A DNA stretch of 63,989 nucleotides, counting the filler, from Phoronis australis (lineage: Eukaryota; Animalia; Phoronida), in NCBI GenBank assembly GCA_002633005.1. It is 6 parts of 6 records of this genome, joined end to end, with 100 filler letters (N's around TTAATTAATTAA, not from the genome) between each part and the next. Parts side by side here need not be neighbours in the genome. Positions count along the whole stretch, not along the records: positions 1 to 24,302 come from NMRA01000594.1; 5 more parts are not named here. One strand, 5' to 3'. The position numbers and the translations under genes were made by a program. The notes beneath the pieces were generated by a model. That model was not told the origin of the DNA. It did no database searches and saw only the letters and a program-made list of their open reading frames with translations. Positions 1-14,663 of the stretch are shown one piece after another; the stretch's first letter is position 1; every line of letters begins with the position of its first letter.

Positions 1-1605
1 GTCTGACCTTCCTGTATAAAAAGAATTTGGAGTGTCTTCCTAATTAGAGCTGAACCAGGTATTGTAATGACCGAACAACGGATTTTTGAACCAGGGGAAG
101 GTCAAGTCGGAGGAACATCAAGACAGGGGAATATTGTGTACAGAAAACAACAGTAGTCTACAGAGCAAGATTTATGGTTGTGTATAAAATTGCTATTAAC
201 CAGTAAAGGTAACCAAGATGTTAATTGACCTTGTAATATGTTAATGAAAGTATGGCGCACTTTGTATTCCACAGATGTTGGTAACAGTGTTTTCATAAGT
301 CTACGCAAGTGTTAGAGCACTAAAAAGGCCAACATGGATGCACAAAAAGAATTCTTCCATTACTAGAGCTGTTCTTAAATTGAACATGCTACATCAAACG
401 TTGACAAAAATGTGACAGTGTGAGAAATCATTTAAAAAACGTATGTATGTATTGTGGTAAGAAACCAAAAGTATGCAGAATTAAAAACAAATATACAGAC
501 CATGTTAAAAATGACCAGTGGTGAATGACAGAAAGTCTTGATTGGCTAAGGGAACTTTTCGAATATACCACATGCTTGAAGCAATATCTAAAAAAGTGAA
601 GTTGCTCCCCGACAATATCACAGGAAGAGAGGATTGAAGCTCTGACTCAAGGACTTTTACATGTGGTGGACTGTGAAGGTTTTATCTGTGTTAGTGTTAA
701 TAAAATATCACAGACCCGCTGTATACTAACTGCAGATTATGGACAAATAGCCTGAAAATTAGTCTTTAAAACAACACACTGTTTAAAGTCAACCTTGACT
801 GTAAAGCCTTTACATTTACTCGTCTGACCATGGCGAAAATTCTTCGACAACACGACAACATAATGGCAATCTGCTTACCACACCCTGGTACTCGCGGCAG
901 ATAGAATGTACTTAGTGACTCGTTGGAAACGGAAACAACAATTGTCAATTCTATGCTTTTTTGTCGCGGTAATGCAATATGGTGCGTGAAAGCTACTCCT
1001 TGCGTTTGACTATTTAATTCACGCCCCCTAGAGTCGCTATGTCGCTGCTAGGACTTGAATAGTCTTCGGAAAATCTGGATGGTGCAATGTGCCTACCATA
1101 GGAAAACGCTTTAAAACTAATTTAGAATTGATTATTAAGTAGTACACTTTTAGACACCCACAAACAAGCACACACGTTTTTGAGGTTAACCACATATCTA
1201 ACGGAAATGCACAGAACAAAGATAAATTCATAAAATCCATACTAGTAAACGATGTAAATTTTGCCTTCGATGATGTCTTTCCAGGTTCCTTTAGTCTTTG
1301 CTCTGTCCTCTTTTTCTACAAATTCACAAATGTGGAAATGTAATTGAAATTAGTCAACGCGGACGTCGAAACCCCCACCCATCACACACAGCCACAATTT
1401 CAGAGCTTAACGCGTTGTTACACATGGTAACACGTACAGATGTAGCTAAATAAGACAAATTGAGATTTAAGAATAACCGATTTTTCCCAATTTGCAAAAA
1501 CCTTCCAGTGTAAAACCAATTATCATTTTTGGTTTGTGGTTGATACATTTCTACGGTGGCTCTAAAAAGGACAGCACGGCACAGCAACATTTTTCTCCTT
1601 TGCTA

Positions 1606-1808
1606 ACTCTATTATTAAGTCTATCAATAGACTTATGAACTCTATCGATAGAGTTACTATCTCTATCTATATACTTGTTAACTACATCGATAAACTTATT
1701 ATCTCCATCGATAGACTTATTAACTCTATTGATAGACTTATTAACTCTATCGATAGAGTTACTATCTCTATCGATAGACTTATTAACACTATCGACACAG
1801 TTACGATT
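1606..1808. repeat. Minisatellite, ~21-bp unit (ctctatcgatagacttattaa) with palindromic CTATCGATAG core, ~9 copies
   Basis: Directly visible tandem copies; explains the periodic 'SIDRLIN' ORF at 1635-1949. Confidence 0.9.
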
Positions 1809-3789
1809 TCGAGGTTGCTACCTTGGTTTCAATATATAAAGGATGACCGAAACAAGCATATTGTCGATTTATTCAAGCTAGGACTGACTCAAAATGAAAC
1901 AATAAAGGTAGCTATGTTTCGTTTTGGAGCATCAATAAACACAAGGTAATTGTGACGTCTTTTTGGAGACTTATGGACTTCTGCGCCGTAAAATATGTCT
2001 GACATTGATTAAGTGGTTCTTTTGTTAAAGATTTGCTATCACCTGAGGCCCTTTGATTTTATTTTAATTTGTCTTTTGTCGCTTAGTCATTGCATTTCAT
2101 CCCGTTCTCCCTTGAGGTCATATGATAAATAATTGCATGTGAAGATTTCAAACAGTTAGTTTCGTTGTAGCTATACATTTTGTTTATATATACAACTTTG
2201 ATAGGAGGGTGAATGTTTGCAGTGAAACGTGAATAGTCCTTATTCACTATTTTTTCATTTACGTAAGCCAACACTGCGTGTATTATCTTACTCATATGGA
2301 ATACATTTGCCTGCGCGAAAGTAGTTCACTTCTATCATTTTGTTCGGTAGACGGCGCTTTTGTAAACATGGTGGCTCGCGATTTCTGGTTTAGGCAGTAG
2401 ACCTATCGCGTTTTTGAATCAATGTAAATGTTACTGAACAACTGTTGTAAATGCTGACTCGGATCAATGTCCGAACCGGAAATCTAACCTGGACCAGCCA
2501 TGTACACCTGCACGGTAGTATTTGCTTAAAAAGTGAGTTAAAAGGGGTCATCACTGTATGGTCGCTTTGACTTCAACTTCAGAGTTCAGTCTTATCACAC
2601 CTAACTACTTTGAAAACAAGTCGGATACAATGTTCCCTGGTTTAGCCAGATGGAACACGGTCAGTGACAGCAAAGGTCTAGACTTGACCAGGCGAATACA
2701 TGTGTTTTTGGTCACTTTATACTAGGGAAAATGGGAAACGAACGACAGGACAAGGACATGGTCGAAACAAATTGATGAATGTAACAACTGAATAACATTC
2801 CTATTATTCGGTGGATTAGATAGTGACCACCGTCTCTAGCTGGCCCCAGTACTGCAGCGCCTCTGAGAGTTTCATACATTGATAGATTTTTGATGACTTA
2901 TGGCATGCCTCACACCGATTGAAACATCAAAGTCATGAAGTTTCAGTACCTCTTGCTCATAGAGAGACACCTTAGGTACCCATCGGTATCTTTAATTTCT
3001 TCCACCTCAAACAAATACTCCTGTAATGTAACTTTTTCTACAATCAGTCCTTCGTTCAGTTGCCCAAATTGTCAAATGGCCAGTTTTACACTGCGCGCCC
3101 ACCTATATTTACTGCGCCCGCCAGAGTGAGGCACAATTCGTCTTAAACCTTCCGACTTATGTTACTATCAGTGGATGAAACTCGTTGTCCGTGTCAGGGA
3201 CCATAATATCCGAGCAGAGTCATATTTTGTAATTCTGTAACTATAGAATTTTTGCAAAAGGTTAACTAAACATATTTTTCTTCTGCATTTCTAAAATTGA
3301 TCAGGTTGGTTAAAATTTTATAGCCATAAGTCAACTCACTTGAACAGATATAATATAATTCTAGGGGACACATCAGTCATGCTAGTAAAAATTGAAAGCC
3401 TTTGCTATTTACGTATTTTTAATTTCAGATTGTGAACTGTAATACTCCAGTGAAAAAAGGCAAAGTCAAAGACATGCATATTATGTGGAAAACTCTCATA
3501 CTCTGACTCTCACACACAAAGTTAAAAAGGCTGCATTAAGACAGAGATACTGTTTTTTTTTACTCGTTCACATGTACATTCAATTCAACAATGATTTGCT
3601 GGACACTAGGCCTGTGTTTATCTGCATCTCAAGCATTACATGTACGTTTTGTTCAAAACGCACACAGCTGCAGAAATCCGCAAGAATGGATGTCAGCATT
3701 CTCATTGCTCAGTCTGAAGATCGACAAAAACATGCAATAATTGATTCGCCACCTGTTTCTAAGACGCCAACAGGAGTAAAGAGATTGTT

Positions 3790-4120
3790 AAATTTTGAGT
3801 CCGATATGGTTGACTATGGGTATTCAGTATCTGAGGTATATCAACAATACAACCCTTTCCTGTGAAACCTGTCTAAAGACTAAACTGCACAACTTGATCG
3901 GAAAATGTTGTTTAAAATCAGTACATGTTTGGATGATCTTTGCAAGACTTCAGAAAAAAGTGTGCTTAGATTTCCCATGAGGGACCTGGAAAACAAGCCG
4001 CTTATATGGACAATTGTGAAAGAAATGGAAAATTGTCCACATGGGCTTCCACTTCTGTGTGCCATTCACTTCATATTGCTGTGACTAAGAGTGACTTCCT
4101 TGTAGCCATAATGTATAGGA
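3790..4120 (+). pseudogene. Possible highly degenerate hAT (PRKRIR/THAP12-like) transposase fragment
   Basis: Broken frames give SVSEVYQ..., TKLHNL..., SLHIAVTKSDFLVAIM, loosely resembling hAT transposase segments; many stops and frameshifts. Confidence 0.25.
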
Positions 4121-6494
4121 TACATGTAGATGTTTGCCAAAAATCCTCAACTCTGTGCCACACAGAGGCTATTGTCTGCTGCGTGTATTCGTCCTCATTC
4201 TTGCAATGGTGTACGAACATTTTTCAGATGGATCACATTTATAGCTTATTATTGTTTTTAACAAAGATTTTTAGCAAAGTTGAGACATAGTTGATGATAG
4301 CAATTAGATCGGTGATATATTACATTAAACATTTTCCAGATTGAGACAGTCTCATAAAATCAGAACACAGAAATCAAGGCTGAAATTTAATGTTTTCATC
4401 CTTAAGTTTAAGGCGTGAGTGATTTGTATATTTTCGTACTTTTCAAATTCCTAACGCTATGTTGTAGCATAACAGGTTCCAAAAATACTCCTGTAAGTTC
4501 ATAAAAAGTGACTCTCATGACAAACATTTAATAAATTGTTACCATTCCCCTTGAATTTCTGACAGACAATTGTGTGAATTTCTAAAAATTGGCACAAGCT
4601 CCGACTTCGATCAAAATAATTATTCACTGTCCCAAACTAGAGAATTTTTGTGTAATCAATTTTTGAAATTCAGTGTGTAGTTAACTGTAAAACTGATGGA
4701 TGACTGTTCTTGTTTATGACAGGATCTGCTTTAAGAAAAAAATGTAAAAATGAGGACGATTTACTGCTTAGTTTTTATCTTTAGTGATGGTGTGATACTG
4801 TACAACAGCTTTAAAAATGTCAGTGACGAAAGGTAGAAATCATAAACGACAACAGATATCAATAGTCCATTTCAGTTAATGACTCTGAAGCAGATAATAG
4901 TGGCAGTACCCATGTGGTTAAAGAGTCATGACATAATGCTTTCGATTTAAAAATCTTGAGGGACTTTCTGATATGTAAGCTAAGAATGTTTTTTTCACAA
5001 GAAATGATGTGTGTGTGTGTNTAAAATCAGTTGTATAGTGAGTTAGCCACTGAATGATCTCAGTGCTTACTATGCTTAAGGGGGTTTTGATCAAATAATA
5101 CTATTTTTATTGGTTAGACTGATGCTTAACAAGGGAAATTGCGCCACGTGATAAAATGTTATTGTTTACATGTGTTTTGGAAAAAATAAATGGTTAAACG
5201 AGATAATGAAACGTTACAATTACGTCTTTAGCATCTAACGTCAACGTATAATACAGGATTACTTTTACATAAACATTTAAAATGTCATAGATTTTGGATT
5301 TCCTGTATATAGTTAAGATTAAGAATGCATGCCTACATCATGTTCTCTGCGCATTTGTTGTTTTGGTAACACCATCACTGATGGGGTTACTCTATCAAAA
5401 ATCAAAAATTAAAGAGCAATTTTGACAGTAAGATCACCCATGAAAATCTTATTTTAATGATGTGGATTTCCGACTCTGTCCCAATTTTTGTACTTCAGGG
5501 TGACCTAAAAGGGCTGCTGGGTTCCTTGGTAATTCCAGGTTGTCGTGGCTCTTGGGAGGCATTTTTATTTAGTGCATCTGCATTGAAGAAATTTATGTTT
5601 TTGATTATTTTTGGCGGCTTTCCCAAATTTCCATAAAACGTCCAGGCTCAGATTTGGAAATTCTGGGAATTAGAAAAGGGATAAAAATTGGTGCTGTGAA
5701 ACCTGATACGAATAGATTTTATTGAAAGTATTTTTGTCTGCATTAAACTCACCATTCTAACACAATATGTCCTTCGTTGATTACCACAATTGCCACGTTG
5801 TAAGCTAATTCCTTGTTTTGGAAGCTAGTTCCTTGTTTTTCAAGTGTTTCACACCATCAATTGTTAATGCCAGAGCCTCAGGGTTAGCATACACTACTTG
5901 ATAATTACCTTTAATTATATCACCAATTGGAACACAAAGGCGGATTTGAGGGGCAGGGGCTGCCGCAAGCAAAATGAAACAGCAACAGCGCGACGCGTGA
6001 GAAAATATAACAAGTTTGAGAAGACAAAAACACAAACATGGAATTAGCTGTGTATGTCTAAAGCAGGAGATTTAGATCATTTAATAACTTACGCCAAGCA
6101 CTGCACTGGAAAATCAGGTCAAGCAGCACTATTTTGAAAAATCAAACAAATTGCTATGTGAATTACCACAATTAGCATTCAACAACATAAAAATGCATAA
6201 AACACATACAACCAAATGGAATTAATATATCAAGTACTTCTGGTTTGCGTAATCACATGTGAGTCATAACAACAAGCACTTGAAGCATAAATTCACAAAT
6301 CCGAAAATGAGTTACCATGACAGTGGATGCACATATTCATTACAAGCTTTTAGTGCAAGGCCGATGGTATTACTATGCTGCTCATGTTTTTGGGTGCATA
6401 GAAACACACGTTTTTTCAGTCAAACGTTTGACGTAAAAGTTCCTTCTTTCCAAGTTTTTTGTACAGAGAGACGTTTATAATTTGTTCATACGTA

Positions 6495-7305
6495 CAGTCA
6501 AGTGACCTAATTATCGGACGTTTTGGCACATTTTGTATTATATTTAATTAAAAATACTACGGACTGTTGTAGATTCTTTGCTGATATAAAGGCTTACCTT
6601 AACAGAATTTTTCTGTTACTATATCTTGTCACTGAAAGCCACATTTATGTTCCGACTGATCTTTAAAAAACACAACTAGCAAACCTTCGGAGAACCTAAA
6701 TATCGGACACCATGTTTCCCCATACGCCACACCGCGGAAAACTGACTAACCACGTAATGGCCGAGGGCCCCTTGTAGCCAAATTTCAACTCGACTGTTTT
6801 GACATATATGCTGCTAGAACACAGGTCCATTCCCAACAAAATTATCCATAAAATGAAATCTGGTGACGGCGCCAAGTCGTTTCGATGAATTAGTGCAGAC
6901 GACTAAAGCACGTGCAAACTCACTGCAGTTTTTAGTATCTGTTTGGATTCTTGATATGACACCCGCACGTGCGCGGTCGGGGTTTGACTTGAGTTTAAAA
7001 ACAAATGAAAAAATGGAACAGTGACATATTGTCAGTTCAACGAGATGGTTTCAACATTTTATTTTCAACTTTTATAACCGATTTTTTGCGATCGTCCATT
7101 TTAGGCCGACTTGGGGGTCTAAATTGCACCCTCTCTCGGTGAAATCAAAACGAGGCAACGCTGTAAAAAAACGAGACAGTGCCGAACATTGAATGCATTA
7201 CAACGGAACAAAAATTGGTGTCATTTAATTCTCAGATTATGCTTCAAGTAAGATTTTTTGAAATGTCCTATTTAGGTTCCGTCCGATAATTAGGTACACT
7301 ATGTG
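6495..7305. mobile_element. Non-autonomous Tc1/mariner (pogo-like) DNA element, ~810 bp
   Basis: Imperfect ~26-bp TIRs with perfect inverted core ACCTAATTATCGGACG; CA...TG termini; TA on both sides (6493-6494, 7306-7307). Confidence 0.7.
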
Positions 7306-9645
7306 TAGTACAGTTACAAACAAGCTTTTCAGTAACAAAATTTCTTGGCATATGCACTTTAGCTAGCAGGGTAATACAATTCTTAAAACAGGTAAAATAG
7401 TACCATAGCGGATATTCAAAATATTTTAAGTTATTCAGAAAAGATTGTTGAACAATTAGGAATAAAAAATACTTTTTCAATTTCCCTAAACTATTCATAT
7501 TGCTTGCTGCTATTTCGAAACCCCTCTTCCATGCTTCTCAAGCAAGTATAACAACTGATGAATGGATGATACTTATATTACTGTTGATATTTGATTTTCT
7601 TGCTTTGCTTTTCGGGAATTGTTGATTACGCTGGCATTGGGAATAATTTCACTTTCAGTTAAGGAATGATTATATAAGCCTCTAATGTAAGCATAATACG
7701 TTCCTCCAAGGTACTGGACTGAAATGGGAAACTTTGTAAAACAACAAGCCCGATGTATAGTGCTGCTGATTTAACCTATGTTGTCTGTCATACACACCAC
7801 ATTGAATAACTTCAAACTTGCCCGTGCATATCAGGAATTCCGACCAGTAACGCTTACATGTACATTGAAATTGAAGGCCATCCAACTTTGATTTTTCTTA
7901 GGAAAAATGTTATTTCGATCTTTGCAATCTAATGTAACCTTTGCAATAATTCAGTAATAGGGATAGTACATATGGTGGCTCCTTGGCAGAAAACTCAAGA
8001 CAGTTATCGACTGGTCTTACATCCGAGAAATGCTATGATACTAAAGTCAAATACAAGCTTATAGACATGAAATTATTCTGGATCGTTGTATTCTCGAGTA
8101 TTTTTCTTGTTTTTGATAGCCGTTCTTGAAAGATGACGTTATATTTCATTAGCTAGTGTAAACTAACATTAACAAATGCTTACTCAATGACCTATTTAGT
8201 TACGTCATTATCTTGAAACAAGCTTAAAAAGTATCATCCCAACTTGAATGTCAATAACTCTTTTAATTCGAAACTTTGAGCTGGGCCATCCTTTCAAGCA
8301 GTGATAAGTGAACGTGTTGGGTGATTGTGGCGTGTGTTGTTTTGCTCTAACATGACTCCTTTCAGAACTTTATTTAGAAGACCTATCAAGCTTTGGCCAG
8401 CCGATTGATACTTCCGGATGTTGTTAATAGGACATGCCATTATTTCTTATCATACACTTACTTGATATGCAAGCAGACAGGTTAAGAAAATATCCTAATG
8501 TAGCTCGTCTTTAAGCGTGCATTTTGCCGAGAACATTCAAAATTGTGTGAAGGTTTGCACAGCAAACTAAACTCTGCAACTCGCCGAATAAGAAATTTTC
8601 TCCGACGCTCACTTGAATAGAACGATCATTGCTCCTGAAATCTCGCTCACAAAATTTAAACATTGAATTTGAAATAGCTTTCATAAAGTTTATTAAACCA
8701 AGCATGTGTTTGAGTTCAACTACGAGAAAAGCTAAATATATAAGAAAGCGCAGTCCATATACGTTTGTATTTTGCTCACCTGTAACTTGTAAATCATCAG
8801 GTTGCCAATTGAGCTGCTCACTTTACGAAACTCACACAAAATGTCTGATGGATTGACACTCTCCTAAAACAAGCAAAAGTTCAGCAATAAAAGGAAACTC
8901 TACTTTTGTTTTCATATGGTCAGGTGTAACATAACTATACATTACCTGCCAAGTAGTGATATCTTGGCAATGTATATAACACTTTATACTGACATGTAGA
9001 TACAAAAATTATAGACATACAAATGCATAGTGCATGAATTAATGTTTCAATGAAGGTATAGCACACACTTAACACTATATGGAATGAACAAACAAAAATA
9101 CACTTGTGAAATAAGAGACCTCTACCAGAATAATCAAGTACGGTTTGAACCTGTAATTGTTTGATTGGGAAGTTGCCGCAAGGCTCCTACAAGTAGTTTC
9201 TGCCACAAAGTAGCTAAAGTTTATGAAACTTCAAAACTCAAAGCAAGGGAGAAATTTGAAATCTCCCGACAAATCCCAAGGTAAGACAAGTTTGTCCATC
9301 AGTTGAAGCGATTAAAGGCGGTATTAAACCCAAGTTTCCTGTCACAAACATAAACTAATACCGTGGTGAACTCGTTTCATAGTCGCAGTAGGTGAGAATC
9401 TTGGGAAGTACTGGCAGTTCTTTACTTGTTAAGATCAAACCTACATCTTTAACGAGCATGTTCTGAAGAAATAACGAGTTTTCATTTTCCGAATTTCACT
9501 TCCGAACTGACTACATTGTACATGTAAGTTTTAGGACAACGACGAATTTATAAAAGTTTAAACTGAAAGCACCGATTTTATGCCGCTTTAACCAACGACT
9601 GTAAAAATACAGTCCCGCATGAGCTACACGACATACGCACATTGT

Positions 9646-9929
9646 CAGTGGCGGATTTAGGGGGGGGGGGCAAGGGNTGTCCCCCCTAAATCCGCCAGAC
9701 ACCGTTTGAATGTTTGGGTGCGAGCAAGCAGGGGCTCGTCGGGGGTGAATAAACAAAGCATAGGCCCTGAACAGAGTGAACAAACTCCGTTTACCTTTTT
9801 TAAGTCAACAGGTCGGCAACCCCAAGCTTTCGAGGCCTCTGCGTCCCCACATTATAGGCTGGGCGCTCGCATCTGTCGAAACTCGGGATATTACCGTGCG
9901 TTGGCCCCCCAATCGTGGATCTGCCCCTG
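9646..9929. mobile_element. MITE with CAGTGGCGGATTT / CAGGGGCAGATCC termini (hAT-like ends)
   Basis: Imperfect TIRs; ATTGT direct repeat at 9641-9645 and 9930-9934; related inverted copy at ~55860-56181; similar G-rich ends near 5938, 18598, 24060 and 53274. Confidence 0.7.
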
Positions 9930-12302
9930 ATTGTTGCACTGTTTGTTTTCATGAGAAGGTCCCAATTTACTCACTGCCATTGAGAAATGGTCTTTGGGTT
10001 CAATGATGTTTTTATGTATCGCGAGAGGTATTTCTTCAATAGCAGGTGCCAGCACCATTTCGTGGGGTGAAATTAATAATGGTAGTAATCTTAGGTCCTC
10101 AAGTACCAAGAATGAACTACATTTGGACTCGACAAGGCGTGTTACCAAAATTAGTCGCCAGACAGCGTTCAACCATAAGCAAACAGAATGTAATGAGCCA
10201 ATGGAGGCTCCACAAAAGTTGTTTTGGTAGGGTGTGTTTATTGGTACCAAACTAATGGCCACTGAATGGTGCAGGGTATATTACACGTGTCTTAGAAGAA
10301 AACTGACAAATAAAACCTTGAAGTCATACAAACCTATCAACAAACTCAGAAAGTAAACAAATCGAATTTTCAGAAAGCCTCTATGCTGTTTTTGTTCATA
10401 TACAAGATAAGACACAACCTCTTTCAATTAAATAATAACACAGCTGTTAAATTTCAAAATGAGTTTGCAGTCAGTCGGATGTCAGACCAACCACTTGTCG
10501 TCATGACACTTGAGTGGTTCGTCAGATGCAGGGGTGAAAATAAGCTGGAAAACATCCACAAGATGACTCACAATGGGTCGAATCCATCCGGATATTAAGA
10601 TGTGCTGTTGTCCAGATAACAGAAACCTAGTTGCAAAATTTCTCGAAAAACTTACAAAGAAGCTAATGTAAAATATAATTGACCCTCGATGGCCCAACGT
10701 TATTCAGATCCGTCTTAACATTGTCGTTATCCAGTTTCACATGCACAGGAAAGCACTGCCGAAATTTTACCAAAGTTCCACCAATGAAATAATTTAGGAA
10801 ATACATTCGCAGACACAAAAACAAAATTACCACTTTGGAGCACAGTAGTGCGGACAGTCAGCCAAAACAACTAATAACAAATCAACGTGGAACATCCATA
10901 TGCGCGCACTAGGTGAGTCGCATGCAGTGAGCATAACAGATGTGACCACTCCCACAACAAAAACCAATGTTAGCAAATTTACTATCCTAGATAGGAACAT
11001 ACCTGTCATCATGAATCTAAGACTTACAGAGGAAAGAGACGCACACGACAACTGATACAAAAACACTTTAAAAGTCTTTTCGGAGCTCAACGTTTAGTCA
11101 AATACACGTGCTGTTTAGTAAATGTAACTTATCGAATTCAATTGTTCATTCCAAAATAAAAAGGCATCTGTTGGAGATCCATCTCAAGATTTGCATTGAG
11201 TCAAAATGAAAATAATAAGTTTTTTGCCACAAGAGAGTTCCACAGGAATCTGTCCTTCTCAAAAATGATAGTCAGCCATGCAATTTCCAGTAGTGATATG
11301 TACATGTATGCCAATGCTCTTGATACTTCATGCACCCATACTGTGAAATGGCCGATAGTGAGACAGTCGCCAATAAAGGAAACAGACAAAAAATAAGAAA
11401 ATAAAAAATGGTTAAAAATGGTATGAGATTGTGAAGATTTTGACGTATTTTAATTGAAATGCATATTTAACACCTTTCGAAGCTACATAGAGAAACGTAA
11501 ACATTTGCCAATGGGGGAACACAGGTAATCGGCTCCATCAGAAACTCATCACCTGCTGTTACGCACCTCCCTACAGATACATGTACAATATGTTAATGTA
11601 TGCCAGTTAAAGTCAGCAAAGATCCTGCAAGAGGTTTAAGAGATATGGCTGCAAAACTTCCAATAGAGGGTGCCAAATTAGTCATTTCCGTTCGAAAACT
11701 ATTCTCAGCTGCGGTCTTCCAAGTAGCTAGACATGCACGTATTTCAATGCTCATATTAATCCTTAGAGAGGATAGAGAGAACGATGACAAAACATTTGTA
11801 AAAATGGCGACTAAGTAGCATACAAGTCGTAGAAAATAACATGTGGTCGAAATGGTAAGGTATCGTTACATGTAGAATAGAAATACATCTGAGGAGCTCC
11901 AAAGATACATCAAACGTAAACATATAAAATTGCCACAAGGAAGCAGAGCGACAATCGCCTCGTTCCAAAACTCGTCTTCATCCATCGAAAACTTTATAGA
12001 ATCACTACTGCATGTCACGTCTCTCTAAGATCCTGCAACAGCCAGCAGTGTTCATCAACCCACGAAGCCGGATGCCCAGACTCCGAAAGCACACAAACAG
12101 ATGATAGGAATATTCACCCAGATATGCGCACACAAATGAAGATATGGCCATTTGTTTTCATTTACTACTCCCCGTAGTTACAATTGTCCAATTTTCTAAT
12201 CTCATTTCCGTAACTGACGAAACTCGATACATTCAGCAAATGTAGCGGAAAAAAGTTCAGTCTGATAACCTTTCCTCGCCCTGTAGCTTGCAGTGTACTC
12301 AC

Positions 12303-12401
12303 CTCGTTACATACATCTGTATTAGGTGCTGCCTCTTTTAACAAGTGAAACACGCCATGGTTACCTCCAAAAGCAGCGTAATGCAGCGGGAACATTCCAT
12401 C
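12303..12401 (-). CDS. Ankyrin-repeat exon 5 (DGMFPLHYAAFGGNHGVFHLLKEAAPNTDVCNE)
   Basis: 99-nt phase-0 exon, tag acceptor and gtgag donor, ankyrin PLHxAA..G motif. Confidence 0.85.
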
Positions 12402-12879
12402 CTACAAGAATACATTAAGCTTACCCGCAGATGCAACTTATGTTTTCCTGGACTGAATCACAATTACTTTTTCTGCGGTCCCGCGTACTGGCGTCAGGGT
12501 GTTTTTTTTATTTTCAAGGCATACCTTGTCGTGGCACTTATTCCAAACCTGCATTTGTTTAAAATCTGCACTTATTCAAGAAGGGCAGAGTGCAGACCGG
12601 CCGCTGTCTTGCTGATGCCTGTTCTTATGAAGTGCGTTGTATGTTTTACAAGTTTTTATGATTAATTATTGTTCTGAACAGTGTTCTTTTCACTTGATAA
12701 CAAATACCCAGAGGAATGAAGGAGTAACTTCTGTATATTAAACACGATTTTAGAGCGAAACTTACGTCAAGCTTCCAACACTTCTATTCAATAACATTCA
12801 GGTTTTATAAAACCATGAAAAGTTTGAGACATCTATTTGGGAAAACAGATAAAATTTGAGTCTAACACTGGAACAAAAA

Positions 12880-14663
12880 AATACTAAAACTAGCAACGTT
12901 TGGGTCCGTTTCTCACCAACTTCAGCTTGGCTTGTGACGTTACCATTATTCTGGCGAATAGGTGGCGTTTTGTCTAGACGGCGCGGCACTGACGCCAGAA
13001 CGCTATCTCATACGTGTGACAAAATTGAATCTTAAACCACCTCGTTTCTTTAAAGAGAGACTATCAACGCTCCAAAGTAGGGAGTATGCATGAGGTTTTG
13101 GGAACAATGTTTGCTTTGACCGCAAATTTGTTGCGAGCTCGCTGGAGCAGGACGAAACTCAGTTTTGTGCAAATTTATTGAGTTTTGTGTTAGATATGAA
13201 CGGTTGAAGTGAAGCGAATTTGGAAGTCCTTGATGAGAGTGTCATAACTTGTTGTATAATATGTAGTCTATTGAGGACGATCAGAAGCTGATGACGCCTG
13301 TGTTTTGAAAAAGTCTTCTTCACAGTCTAGGATATATCGTGAAATCCTTAGTATTGAAATCATGTGTCCAGGGGCGTACAGGTGGCTAAAAATAACCGAA
13401 TCGTAAGTGTCCCCGTAACCAGCATGGCGATGTTGTGACATACGCATTTTAATGGACGATTTGTTTCACCAACGTAGCTTTCTGAGCACTCGGGATCCCT
13501 ACACTGAACGCAATAAACAACACATGATTTATGACCCTTGGGGGTCTTGTCCTTGACATTAACCAGTTGGCTGTAGAGAGAATTAAACGGTTCTTGGATT
13601 ATCTAAAAGTCAAACTGTTTGAATATCCTCATGCGGCGGTTAGAAAGACCCTGGACAAAGGGAATCACCACACAAGAAGTATGACTCGCAGTAGGTGTTG
13701 TCTGAGTCTTTACTTTTCTCCTCTTTGATCTTTCCGCTTCGGTGAACGACCAACCTGTATAACGGCACTTGTTAAGGGCGTCCTTAGTGTAATTCAGTTC
13801 CTCAGAAATGGTCGAAGGATCACAAATGATAGTGTTAGCTTTGTTTTTCAAAATGCAAATGACATCCAGCTTTTGGATGAGAGGATGGTTCGAGTCAAAT
13901 TGGAGATATTGATCAGAGGGTGTACTCTTGCGGTGAACCTTGGTGCCAAATGATCTGTCCTGTTTAATGGAGACTACAAACAGTCCAGAATAGGTAGCTT
14001 GTCGTCTTTGCAGGGTACCTAAGTGAATTTGATGTTATGGTCAAACTCATTAATGAACTTGAAGAGAGCAGAGAGTTCATTCTTGCGAATAATAACAAAC
14101 GTGTCGTCCACATATCTCAACCACAATCTAGGGGGGTGGCCAGGGTACTGAGTAAGAATGAGCTGTTCGAAGACACCATATGTAGGTTTTTTATATGGGA
14201 GATACCGGTGAGCCCATTGCACATCCATGCTATTAAATGTACTGCAACTGGTTAAACACAAAATAAGTACTTTTCAGACATACATGTAACGGCAAAAGGT
14301 CGCAGACTTGATCAACTGACAGGGAACGTGTTGAATCGAGCTCTGGATCTTTGGAGATTAAACCCTCAGCAATGGACGGAGGATCTTGAGAAGGAATGCC
14401 AGTAAACAGGACACTAACATGTAAACGACGTTATAATCTCATCCGGTTTCAGAGCAAAGTACTTTAGTTTGTTCCCAAAAACTTTAGTGTTCACAACATG
14501 ATTGGGTTGTTCCCGACAGGAGGGACAAAATACTGTTAACATGTTTAACGATGTTGTACATGTAAGTTAAATAAGCAAGGTGCCTTTTTTATTTGATTTG
14601 TCACACGTGTGGGATGGCGTTCTGACGTCAATGCCGCGCCGTCTAGTCAAATCGCCACCTATT
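12880..14663 (-). mobile_element. Decayed Penelope-like retroelement (Penelope/Poseidon-like): RT plus GIY-YIG endonuclease, 5'-truncated with an inverted segment
   Basis: PPRLWLRYVDDTFVI RT motif; DQYLQFDSNHP thumb; VVYCVQC...SYVGET endonuclease; ~67-bp inverted repeat 12957-13023 vs 14597-14663; lies in an ankyrin-gene intron. Confidence 0.9.

Noticed and set aside
13130-13190. Plus-strand GGACGAAACTCAG resembling a hammerhead half
   Set aside because: No intact CUGANGA core and antisense to the PLE ORF
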